IMG/VR virus record: IMGVR_UViG_3300016476_000405
Coordinates: 1 to 43,608 of that record
DNA length: 43,608 nucleotides
Source of the DNA: a virus
Taxonomy: Duplodnaviria; Caudoviricetes
Direction: 5' to 3' (one strand)
Shown piece after piece: positions 1 to 8,098 of the stretch. Both the position numbers and the translations under genes were made by a program. Position 1 is the stretch's first letter. The number at the start of each line of letters is the position of its first letter. Under the pieces are notes generated by a model that saw only the letters and a program-made list of their open reading frames with translations, was not told the origin of the DNA and did not search any database.

Positions 1-92
1 AAGGTGTGGCGGAGGAGGTTGTAAATAATAGTGCTATTATTTATGACAATGGCCATGTAAAAATAGATGGCAAAATGTATAAAGCCTAAAGA

Positions 93-2465
93 TTGGATCA
101 CGAAAGTGGTGCAGGGATTGCTATTCAAACACCAAATAAAATGTATTTTTCTCCTATTAAAAATGAATACGAAATGCCATCTGTTACTATTCATAGAGCA
201 TTGAGATTGGGTGGTTTGAAACCAACGTTTAATGAAGATTTGGCGGAAGACATAAAGGAAGGTGAAGAATCGGATTTCCGTAAATTACAAATAGCATGGT
301 ATCAAGCAATGCCCATTATTATGAAAAAATCAGGCATCGACTACATACCTAGCTCAACTTTAAAAAGTGGCGAGATGTATCCAATATTAGGAAGAATTCC
401 CGTTCCAGATAGTACGTCACGTGAATATTTTTCTGTTAGTGTATTACCAAAAAATAACAGTGCTAAAGTATACATTAGTTTAGATGTTAATAGCAGTAAT
501 AGTATCTATCACAACGCACAACCCGAGCGAGCTGCTAAATTAAATAAGTTTGGCGAAAAAATTGCTCAAGCATTGGGCGGAACTCAACATACAGACAACA
601 TAACTGGTGAGCGTAGAAATCACCCCCGTGTAAGTAGTATTAGTGCGATATTAGAATTGCCTAAAGATGCTTACTCACACAACACAAGTACTAGATACGA
701 TCCTTTACAGCGATTTTTAAATCAGCCGGGTGAACGCGCACGTCAAAATCGTGTTGCTAGAAGTGCTTATTCGGATACGTTCGGCGGTGATGCTAGCAAC
801 TATCGTAAATTCAATGAACAATCAGAATCTGCCAAGTTAAAAAGCGAAACCGCGAATTTAAATAAAAAAAGAGAAAACAATCCGGGTGTAGTAGAAGGCT
901 ATCGTATTGTACCATCAATAGACCGAGAAAGATATGGAGATCGTAGCTATGAAGGTTTAGAAGGACCATTCAGAGCAAGAAACGGCAAAGTATACTACTA
1001 TGATCCAAAAGCTGGAATGGCATATGATCCAGACACTGACATTTATATCGACTATGATGAATTAAAAATGATGGACACTGAAATGTCAGAAGGCATAGTA
1101 GGTAAAGTATTAGGTGGAGCAGATGCGCCTAGTAAGAAAGGCATAAAGGAAGGTGAAGAATCAGATTTTCGTAAATTACAACTAATGTGGCAGCAAGAAA
1201 TGCTCAATATTACAGAAAATACAGGAAATATTATCATGAAAAACAAAAAACGAGAAAGATTAGTAAGCGATAATCAAAGAATAACTGAAAGTTATACTAA
1301 GGTTAACACATCGTTAGCTAAATGGAAAGAACTTATTTTACAAGCATATCCAGATGCCACATTTCAAAGAATGCCAGAAGATGAGGGTGGTGGCAGAATC
1401 GCATGGTCAGGTGAAACATTTGTTGGTGATTGGGATGGTGGCGGAGATGGTGTTCCTGGTCGAATATTAGATAAAGTCAACGAAGGATTAGCAGATGATA
1501 TGATGTCTCTTGCTAAAGAGCTAGGTATGAATCCACAATCAAGAGACTTAAAAAATCGTGTTACTAAACCTGCTAGCAAACCAGTCAAGCGCAGCAAACT
1601 ATCAGCAGAAAAGGTAGCTGAATTGAAAAAGAGATTGAGTGATTTAGAAGCAAAACTTGATCCTAACTTTGAACACTCAGACGATTATGGAGTATATCTA
1701 CATAACCGCAACATAGCACAACAGATAAGCCAGATTAAAAATTTGCTAAAGGACCAAGATGATTCACTAGATGAAGGCATCGTAGGTAAAGTACTAGGTG
1801 GAGCAGCATTACTTGCGGCACTATGGGGTATTGGACAAAATCAAGCACAACAAGTGTATAGCAATAGTCCTCAATTACAAACACTTATTAAGTATCATCA
1901 AATGGCAACACAGCAAGGTGATCAGGCAAAGATTCAAGAACTAGAAAGAAGAATCGAAAATCACAAAACTCGTTTGTCTTTGGGTAAAGGTGAAGTAATG
2001 GGTCCAGACGACAAGCCGATAGTTCCTAGTTTTGAAAGTTCTATCATGAAAGGTATTCAGAACGAACAATACGGAGACAAGCGTGATTTTAAGCGCAGAG
2101 AAATGGAACACGAGTTAGGACACGAAACAAATAATTACGCTGTTGTAATTGATGGTCGTCAATGGAAAGTATTTGCCGACAAACGACAAGCAGAAAATAT
2201 AGCGCGATCACTTAAAAATAAGGGTAAGAATGCATCCGTACGTCCTACTAGTGCTAGTGTTAGCGAATCTAAGATTCCTGACAAGTGCCCTGAATGCGGT
2301 GGCAAGTTAGTAGCTGAATCTGAACTAAACGAAGAAGGCAATAAGGATGCTTGTTACCACAAAGTAAAATCAAGATATAAAGTATGGCCCAGTGCTTATG
2401 CTTCTGGTGCATTGGTTAAGTGCCGTAAAGTTGGCGCTAGCAATTGGGGAAACAAAAGCAAATGA
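93..2465 (+). CDS. Large modular virion-associated polyprotein-like protein with repeated Glu-ending linkers; probably the continuation of an upstream ORF
   Basis: 790-aa ORF with internal repeats (IKEGEESDFRKLQ x2, EGIVGKVLGGA x2) and many L/I/V-x-E|G/S junctions. The TTG start has no SD. The same frame upstream (3-86) reads GVAEEVVNN... and is separated only by TAA at 87-89. Confidence 0.7.
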   Translation: MDHESGAGIAIQTPNKMYFSPIKNEYEMPSVTIHRALRLGGLKPTFNEDLAEDIKEGEESDFRKLQIAWYQAMPIIMKKSGIDYIPSSTLKSGEMYPILGRIPVPDSTSREYFSVSVLPKNNSAKVYISLDVNSSNSIYHNAQPERAAKLNKFGEKIAQALGGTQHTDNITGERRNHPRVSSISAILELPKDAYSHNTSTRYDPLQRFLNQPGERARQNRVARSAYSDTFGGDASNYRKFNEQSESAKLKSETANLNKKRENNPGVVEGYRIVPSIDRERYGDRSYEGLEGPFRARNGKVYYYDPKAGMAYDPDTDIYIDYDELKMMDTEMSEGIVGKVLGGADAPSKKGIKEGEESDFRKLQLMWQQEMLNITENTGNIIMKNKKRERLVSDNQRITESYTKVNTSLAKWKELILQAYPDATFQRMPEDEGGGRIAWSGETFVGDWDGGGDGVPGRILDKVNEGLADDMMSLAKELGMNPQSRDLKNRVTKPASKPVKRSKLSAEKVAELKKRLSDLEAKLDPNFEHSDDYGVYLHNRNIAQQISQIKNLLKDQDDSLDEGIVGKVLGGAALLAALWGIGQNQAQQVYSNSPQLQTLIKYHQMATQQGDQAKIQELERRIENHKTRLSLGKGEVMGPDDKPIVPSFESSIMKGIQNEQYGDKRDFKRREMEHELGHETNNYAVVIDGRQWKVFADKRQAENIARSLKNKGKNASVRPTSASVSESKIPDKCPECGGKLVAESELNEEGNKDACYHKVKSRYKVWPSAYASGALVKCRKVGASNWGNKSK
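251..290 (+). repeat. Direct repeat A, copy 1 (copy 2 at 1142-1181)
   Basis: cataaaggaaggtgaagaatc(g/a)gattt(c/t)cgtaaattacaa; 40 nt, 2 mismatches; encodes IKEGEESDFRKLQ. Confidence 0.9.
1089..1122 (+). repeat. Direct repeat B, copy 1 (copy 2 at 1773-1806)
   Basis: gaaggcat(a/c)gtaggtaaagta(t/c)taggtggagcag; 34 nt, 2 mismatches; encodes EGIVGKVLGGA. Confidence 0.9.
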
Positions 2466-2845
2466 GAGCCAATGAATTTATTACAGAAGCTTGGAGTGAA
2501 AAGTACAAGCGTTCAATAAATTGTAATAATCCAAAAGGCTTCAGCCAACGCGCTCATTGCCAAGGTCGCGAAAAAACTGATGAAGAACAGTTAGAAGAAG
2601 ATTTACGCAAATGGTTTAAAGAAAAGTGGGTTAGATTTGGTCCTGACGGCAAAATCAGAGGTGCTTGTGCTAGAGGTAGTGAAGGTGAAGGTAAACCAAA
2701 ATGTTTACCACAAAAGAAAGCACACGCATTGGGTAAGAAAGGACGCGCAAGTGCAGCTAGCAGAAAGCGCAGACAAGACCCAAATCCTGAAAGACAGGGT
2801 AAGGCAAAGAATGTACCTACTAAAAGTACTAGAGATAAGAAATGA
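2462..2845 (+). CDS. Basic hypothetical protein with capsid-targeting-like leader
   Basis: ATGA overlap with the upstream stop; begins MRANEFITE; Cys-containing K/R-rich modules. Confidence 0.8.
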   Translation: MRANEFITEAWSEKYKRSINCNNPKGFSQRAHCQGREKTDEEQLEEDLRKWFKEKWVRFGPDGKIRGACARGSEGEGKPKCLPQKKAHALGKKGRASAASRKRRQDPNPERQGKAKNVPTKSTRDKK

Positions 2846-3441
2846 GAGCACATGAACTAGTAAAAGAAATACAATATGCACCTCATATTGGTAAAGATAA
2901 TCGTTCGGTTTATCCTATATCATCTATGAAATACAATTATAAGTATGACAATAAAACTAGTAGAAACATTGAAAGATATGATATACCTGAATTACCAGAT
3001 CATACTATAGAAATATTTAACAAAGGTAATACATCACATGTCTATTTGATCAATGATGATACTGAAGAAATAGTAGCAATAGTTGATATTAATAAAAGTA
3101 TACCAAATTTTTTTAGAATAGAATCAACTAAAGTCGTTCCTGCATATCAAGGAAAGAGAATAGGCCCCACTATATACAAATTTATTATAGTAGATTTAGG
3201 CGTTAACTTGATATCCGACGATGCTCAAAGTCCGGGCGGAGCAAAGCTATGGGCTAATTTGGCAAAAGATCCAGAAATAAAAGTCGTGGCTTATGATCTT
3301 GCTACTAAAAAATCGTCACCCGTAGTATATGACAGTGAAAATCAAAGACTTGCGGTGGCTAATCCAAAAGCAATAAATAATCAGAGTCTATATGTTGAAT
3401 ATACGCAGAACAAAGTAGTTTTGTTGGCTACAAAGAGATAA
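2842..3441 (+). CDS. GNAT-fold acetyltransferase-like protein with capsid-targeting-like leader
   Basis: MRAHELVKE leader; V-x-P-x-Y-Q-G-K-R-I-G acetyl-CoA-binding-like motif A; SDxxQSPGGxxLW motif. Confidence 0.6.
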   Translation: MRAHELVKEIQYAPHIGKDNRSVYPISSMKYNYKYDNKTSRNIERYDIPELPDHTIEIFNKGNTSHVYLINDDTEEIVAIVDINKSIPNFFRIESTKVVPAYQGKRIGPTIYKFIIVDLGVNLISDDAQSPGGAKLWANLAKDPEIKVVAYDLATKKSSPVVYDSENQRLAVANPKAINNQSLYVEYTQNKVVLLATKR

Positions 3442-3444
3442 GAA

Positions 3445-3732
3445 ATGAGAGCACACGAGTTCATAACAGAACATAGACTAGTATTCAAACGCAATCAAAA
3501 CACTGGAAGTATTTCTATGCGTTGGCGTTGTGAAAGTGGCCCAAGAAAAAACAAAACAGTGGCTGATGCTAGTCAGTGTTCTGCTGCGCCTGATATTAAA
3601 AAATCAGCAAAGATGAAAAATACAAGAAAACGAACTAAAGTAGCACAGGCTAGGAAAACAAAGAAAACAAAAAGAGTTAATCCTATGACCAAAACGGCTA
3701 CTAGATTAAATAAGTTAATGAAAAAGAAATAA
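3445..3732 (+). CDS. Highly basic hypothetical protein (possible DNA-binding internal head protein)
   Basis: MRAHEFITE leader; K/R-rich. Confidence 0.75.
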   Translation: MRAHEFITEHRLVFKRNQNTGSISMRWRCESGPRKNKTVADASQCSAAPDIKKSAKMKNTRKRTKVAQARKTKKTKRVNPMTKTATRLNKLMKKK

Positions 3733-3744
3733 GAGAGTATATAA

Positions 3745-4188
3745 ATGTTATCAGATGATTTAAAAGTATTATTAGCAAGCTGTTATGGGTTTGCTATCAA
3801 AGCCCAAAACTTTCATTGGAATGTTGAAGGTCCTGATTTTCCTCAGTATCACAAGTTTTTTGGGGAAATTTATGACGATGTATTTGACAATGCCATTGAC
3901 CAAACAGCAGAGTATGTAAGAACTTTGGGTAGTTATACTCCAGGTAGCTTTACAAGATTACATGAACTGTGTATAATAGAAGATCAGTTAAAGATACCTC
4001 GTGCCCAATTAATGATAGCTGAACTATACCAAGACAATTTGAAATTGATTGAATTATTAAACACATGTTTCGCAACCGCTGAACAAGAAAACAAACAAGG
4101 CATTATGGACTTTTTAGCATCACGATTAGACGCACATGAAAAATGGTCGTGGCAACTACAAAGTACAATGAAGGTAGAAAGAGCATGA
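3745..4188 (+). CDS. dps: Dps-family ferritin-like DNA-protection protein
   Basis: HWNVEGPDFPQYHKFFGEIY Dps signature, D-x-x-A-E ferroxidase residues, C-terminal HEKWSW; 147 aa. Confidence 0.92.
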   Translation: MLSDDLKVLLASCYGFAIKAQNFHWNVEGPDFPQYHKFFGEIYDDVFDNAIDQTAEYVRTLGSYTPGSFTRLHELCIIEDQLKIPRAQLMIAELYQDNLKLIELLNTCFATAEQENKQGIMDFLASRLDAHEKWSWQLQSTMKVERA

Positions 4189-5180
4189 GAGCACGAGAGT
4201 TTATTATCGAGGGAGGATGGGACACAACTGTTACTCAAGGTACGGTAATAACTCCTAGTGTTGTAAAGAAAACATTGGCTGTACTTCAAGATTTTATTGC
4301 AGGGTTTAATCAGTACTTAGCAAAACAAGGTCTTGACACTGTTCAAATAGGAAGACCTACTGGTTCTAGTGCTTATCATGATGTAGACACTGAAGACAAG
4401 ATTTATGGTGACATTGACCTGCAAATGATAGGTCCAGAAGACGATACTAGAACGCTTAATCAATATGCCGGGTACTGGAACGGGTTAGCACAGCAGTATA
4501 TAGAACAAACTAAACCAAATTCAGTACATCCAACAGAAAGTAAACCCGGTCATCCTATTGTAAAAATAGGTAATGATCAGTATGTTCAAATAGATTTTAT
4601 GTGGCACAAGCCTAGCATTAGTTCTTGGGCTGCAACTAGAGTAACACCTGAAAGAGGTATTAAAGGTTTGTTAACCGGCAACATGTACAGTGTATTGGGT
4701 GAATTGCTTGATATGAGTATTCAACATGCTGGTGTACAGTATAAAACTGTTGACGGTGAGCGTGTGCCTTTTTCTAAACAAAAAGGAACTGAAATAGTAA
4801 CAGTTACTACAAGTCCTACTACTTTTATAATGGACATTCTAAAACACTTAGCTAAACTTAATAACATGACCAAGATAAAAGTAGATCCATTATTAAAAGC
4901 AAATCAAGGTGTTGACATTTCAGATGTTAAAATTGCTACATTAGTTAAAGGTGTCGTAGGCTTAGCTAGAAGTTTAGAAGCTAATGGATTGATTCAAAGC
5001 AGTGAGCAATTTATAAATGACTTTATAAACAGATACACAGAAAAGGCTGAGATAGATATCAGTAGCAAGAAACGAGATAAAGCAGAAACACCACAAGCAA
5101 TTGAAAGAGCTAATGCAGATAGAGAGAAAGTAAGAAAGGGACTTGATTTAGTAACTAATTTATTTTCTGAAATTAGATAA
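4185..5180 (+). CDS. Pol-beta-superfamily nucleotidyltransferase-like protein with capsid-targeting-like leader
   Basis: MRAREFIIE start overlapping the dps stop (ATGA); TGSS...YGDIDL (GS + DxD) and a third Asp in YVQIDF. Confidence 0.65.
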   Translation: MRAREFIIEGGWDTTVTQGTVITPSVVKKTLAVLQDFIAGFNQYLAKQGLDTVQIGRPTGSSAYHDVDTEDKIYGDIDLQMIGPEDDTRTLNQYAGYWNGLAQQYIEQTKPNSVHPTESKPGHPIVKIGNDQYVQIDFMWHKPSISSWAATRVTPERGIKGLLTGNMYSVLGELLDMSIQHAGVQYKTVDGERVPFSKQKGTEIVTVTTSPTTFIMDILKHLAKLNNMTKIKVDPLLKANQGVDISDVKIATLVKGVVGLARSLEANGLIQSSEQFINDFINRYTEKAEIDISSKKRDKAETPQAIERANADREKVRKGLDLVTNLFSEIR

Positions 5181-5204
5181 AGATTTGCCAAATTACAAAA
5201 ACTT

Positions 5205-5212
5205 GATAAATA
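5205..5212 (+). promoter_or_regulatory. T4-type late promoter-like motif GATAAATA
   Basis: Variant of T4 late TATAAATA about 20 nt upstream of the ATG at 5232; the same motif recurs at equivalent positions before other genes. Confidence 0.55.
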
Positions 5213-5231
5213 GTAAAAAAGGAACAAACCT

Positions 5232-5780
5232 ATGAAAATCCAAGAAGTTTTATTAGAAACCGCAGAACGTCCTTATGTTTGCGTACACGCCAAAAAAGGC
5301 AAACATGAATGTACTGCTAGCTCAAGTTATGAAGCCGCTAAAAAAGCTGCTGAAAAATGGGGACTAAAGTCAACTGCCGGCATTGATGCTTACGTAGCCG
5401 ACAAGCCTGTTAGCACTGCTAGTTTAGAAGAAGCATATGATCCATTTGCTGACGATGAAGAAGATTTTGCCGAACCTCAAACTAAGATAAAGAATATCGT
5501 GGCTCAACTGGAAGACGCACAAGATTTTGAAGGTAACAAAGAAATCAATTTCGAGAACGGTGACAAGCGAAAGCTTCCACTAAAAGTTATTGAAATATTC
5601 TTATCAACTTATGATGGTGTAAAAGACAAAGCACAAATGACTGCTGATGCGTCTGCTGGGTTTGAAGAGTTTATTCAAACTATAAAAAATGCTGCTGCCG
5701 GTAGATATGGAAAAGCACAAAAGTCTCCATATCAAGGAATGTCGGGTTCACGCAGCGGTGGTGCAACTTACTACAACTAA
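5232..5780 (+). CDS. Hypothetical protein (two modules, leader MKIQEVLLE)
   Basis: SD AAGGA; ORF of 182 aa. Confidence 0.8.
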   Translation: MKIQEVLLETAERPYVCVHAKKGKHECTASSSYEAAKKAAEKWGLKSTAGIDAYVADKPVSTASLEEAYDPFADDEEDFAEPQTKIKNIVAQLEDAQDFEGNKEINFENGDKRKLPLKVIEIFLSTYDGVKDKAQMTADASAGFEEFIQTIKNAAAGRYGKAQKSPYQGMSGSRSGGATYYN

Positions 5781-5782
5781 TC

Positions 5783-5971
5783 ATGAAAGTTTCTGATGTT
5801 GTCCAACCATACAAAGTTTATATAGCCCGAGTGTTTGTAAAGCAACCGGGCTATACTGGCAACATGGATGTTACTGTAACAGCACAAAACTTGTTTATGG
5901 CAAGACAATTGATGAAACGACAATACGGCATTACTGATGCTGTTATTGGTAGTATAAAGGAGATGAAATGA
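5783..5971 (+). CDS. Small hypothetical protein
   Basis: 62-aa ORF tightly packed in the operon. Confidence 0.7.
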   Translation: MKVSDVVQPYKVYIARVFVKQPGYTGNMDVTVTAQNLFMARQLMKRQYGITDAVIGSIKEMK

Positions 5972-6180
5972 ATAACAGGGAAGACATGAAAAAAATCATG
6001 GAATCATTGGATTCCATGTATCGTGATGAAAATGTAGATGCGGCCGTAGCAGACATAAGACGGTCCATTTACCATATGTCAACTATACTAAAAGAGAAAG
6101 AAAATCTAGAAGAATGGCAAGAATTTTCTGCTGCGTCCTCCAGGTTTTTGATCTTTTTAGAAAGATATAGGACTGTTTAA
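5968..6180 (+). CDS. Small hypothetical protein
   Basis: SD AAGGAG, ATGA overlap; 70 aa. Confidence 0.7.
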   Translation: MNNREDMKKIMESLDSMYRDENVDAAVADIRRSIYHMSTILKEKENLEEWQEFSAASSRFLIFLERYRTV

Positions 6181-6184
6181 GAAT

Positions 6185-6265
6185 TAACCCTAGGACCGTT
6201 GGGGTTATGTGCGCGGCTACTGCGTTACTGATGGATTCGCTACCCTTGAAGTAGAAAGTAGCACC
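6185..6265 (+). ncRNA. Candidate structured RNA element (unassigned family)
   Basis: GC-rich intergenic island. Hairpin UAACCCUA/UGGGGUUA with loop GGACCGU, followed by a multibranch closed by GUGC/GCAC that contains two GCUAC motifs and one complementary GUAGC. No U-tract. Confidence 0.5.
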
Positions 6266-6281
6266 AATAAAGTATATTACT

Positions 6282-6836
6282 ATGAAAGCAAAAGAGTTTA
6301 TTACTGAAAAAATAAATCTACCTAAAAATTCATGGCAGTTTATTTATACCAGTAATGACAAAAATGATCTCAGTGATGAGTTAATTAGCCTGGTCAATAA
6401 CGCCTATAAAAATACCACCTTGGGAAGTTTTATAAACAGCAATTCTGATGTATTGTCTAGTCAATGGCTGGTTTTAGATTGGGATCATAAGCCCGATGTT
6501 GATGTGTGTATTTTTTATCGTAAGAATAGAAGCAATGAATCATGGATAGGTAATAAAGTACAAGGAATAGGTCACGATGGACATCCTAACAGTAAGAAAA
6601 AAATGATTGATAAACTAGTATCATTTATAAATAAACCTGGAAATTGGATCGAAGCATCGGATGCACTAAGAAAAACATTGCTAAATAATAACGCACCTAT
6701 CGTAACTAATGAAAAACTATTAAGAAGAATCTTTAATAATGAATTAAAAATGTTAAATGATCATACTTATACTAGAAAATTAAGTTCTGGATTAGAAACT
6801 ATTGAAAGCGTATTTGGTATGCCTAGGGTTAAATAA
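6282..6836 (+). CDS. Hypothetical protein with capsid-targeting-like leader
   Basis: MKAKEFITE start; 184 aa. Confidence 0.8.
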   Translation: MKAKEFITEKINLPKNSWQFIYTSNDKNDLSDELISLVNNAYKNTTLGSFINSNSDVLSSQWLVLDWDHKPDVDVCIFYRKNRSNESWIGNKVQGIGHDGHPNSKKKMIDKLVSFINKPGNWIEASDALRKTLLNNNAPIVTNEKLLRRIFNNELKMLNDHTYTRKLSSGLETIESVFGMPRVK

Positions 6837-7726
6837 TGAGAGCCAAAGAGTTTATTATAGAAAGCAAACAATACAAAACAGGATTATGTGATGTATTTGC
6901 TATTGCTTTACATGAGTTAACTAGTCTACCATTAGGAGGATGGGCAGGTATCTATTATGATGACTTGTTTGACGAAGAGGCTCAAGAATTTTGTCATGCC
7001 TGTGTAGTATTATCATTTGAAAACAAAGAATGGTTAGATGTTGATGGTTATCATAAGGGAGCTCCTGATAACTGTATGTTCAACAATCAAGTTGACCGAG
7101 TAGAATTATTTCCCTTAAACAAAACAGAAGTTAGTGAACTTTTTACAAGTTGTGATCTTGATTCCACACAGATCCAACAAGCCAAACAATATATTTTAAA
7201 GCATCCTTCATTACAAAAGTATGTTAATAAGAATCTACAAGAAGACCCAGCATATGGGTTACCTACTTTGGATAAGCATAGATACAGTGTTCTTGATAAA
7301 TTAGTAAAAAGTGCTCACCAACGCAGAAAAATAACAAGCAAAGCTATACAAAGCTTAGACGAAGAAATAGACGACAATAAAGCTGCTGAAGTAGCTAAAG
7401 CAGTTGAGTGGATGTGTAAGAAACTTAACATTACACAGATACCCACGATTGAACTAAGCATGGACACAGATGAAGCGCAGGGCAATCATCATACAGGTGG
7501 GCATGTTCCTGGTTCTGGAAAAATTTGGGTTTATGCTAAGAATAGAAACTTAGTAGACCTTTTAAGAACGGTCTTTCACGAACTCGTGCATGTAAAACAA
7601 CACGAACTTGATATGATAGAACCCGATTCAAGTTATCCCGGATCACCCATTGAAGCACAAGCTGATATGGTAGCCGGTAAATACATAAAAATTTACAGCA
7701 AAGAAAACCCGCATATTTTTGAATAA
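6836..7726 (+). CDS. Multi-module protein with C-terminal HExxH zinc metallopeptidase-like domain
   Basis: MRAKEFIIE leader; RTVFHELVHVKQ (HExxH) followed by E-A-Q-A third-ligand-like motif. Confidence 0.65.
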   Translation: MRAKEFIIESKQYKTGLCDVFAIALHELTSLPLGGWAGIYYDDLFDEEAQEFCHACVVLSFENKEWLDVDGYHKGAPDNCMFNNQVDRVELFPLNKTEVSELFTSCDLDSTQIQQAKQYILKHPSLQKYVNKNLQEDPAYGLPTLDKHRYSVLDKLVKSAHQRRKITSKAIQSLDEEIDDNKAAEVAKAVEWMCKKLNITQIPTIELSMDTDEAQGNHHTGGHVPGSGKIWVYAKNRNLVDLLRTVFHELVHVKQHELDMIEPDSSYPGSPIEAQADMVAGKYIKIYSKENPHIFE

Positions 7727-7833
7727 GACCAATTAAATTGTATAATTAACAAACTTAGATTATATTAACAGTCTAAGAAAATTTCTGTCCTACAGAATCT
7801 ACAATATATACTTAACTACAAACAGGAGATCAT

Positions 7834-8097
7834 ATGTCATCAGGTAGAGTATTTAATCAAGAAGAAAAAACTAAGCTAACACAAATTGTAAACGAAGGTC
7901 TTTCCGTACTTAATGAAATTGAAACATTGAACGGTGGTCTTAACGACACGATAAAAGCCATTGCCGAGGAACTGGATATCAAGCCCAGTATTCTAAAGAA
8001 AGCGGTCAAGACCGCATACAAGTCATCACTAACACAAACTAATCAAGATCACGAAGACCTCAACACCATTTTGGAGACTGTTGGAAGGACTCAGTAA
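7834..8097 (+). CDS. Small dsDNA-binding protein (T4 DsbA-like transcriptional regulator)
   Basis: SD CAGGAG; 87-aa helical protein with IKAIAEELDIKPSILKKAVK pattern; located directly upstream of the DNA polymerase. Confidence 0.55.
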   Translation: MSSGRVFNQEEKTKLTQIVNEGLSVLNEIETLNGGLNDTIKAIAEELDIKPSILKKAVKTAYKSSLTQTNQDHEDLNTILETVGRTQ

Positions 8098-8098
8098 A

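Noticed and set aside
6228-6262. Hammerhead ribozyme (CTGATGG...GAAA)
   Set aside because: The core is CUGAUGG rather than CUGANGA, stem II does not directly follow it, and I could not build a stem I/III with an NUH site.
7755-7778. Hairpin CTTAGATT/AGTCTAAG upstream of the replication operon
   Set aside because: It is AT-rich and weak, with no U-tract or second copy, so it cannot be distinguished from chance.
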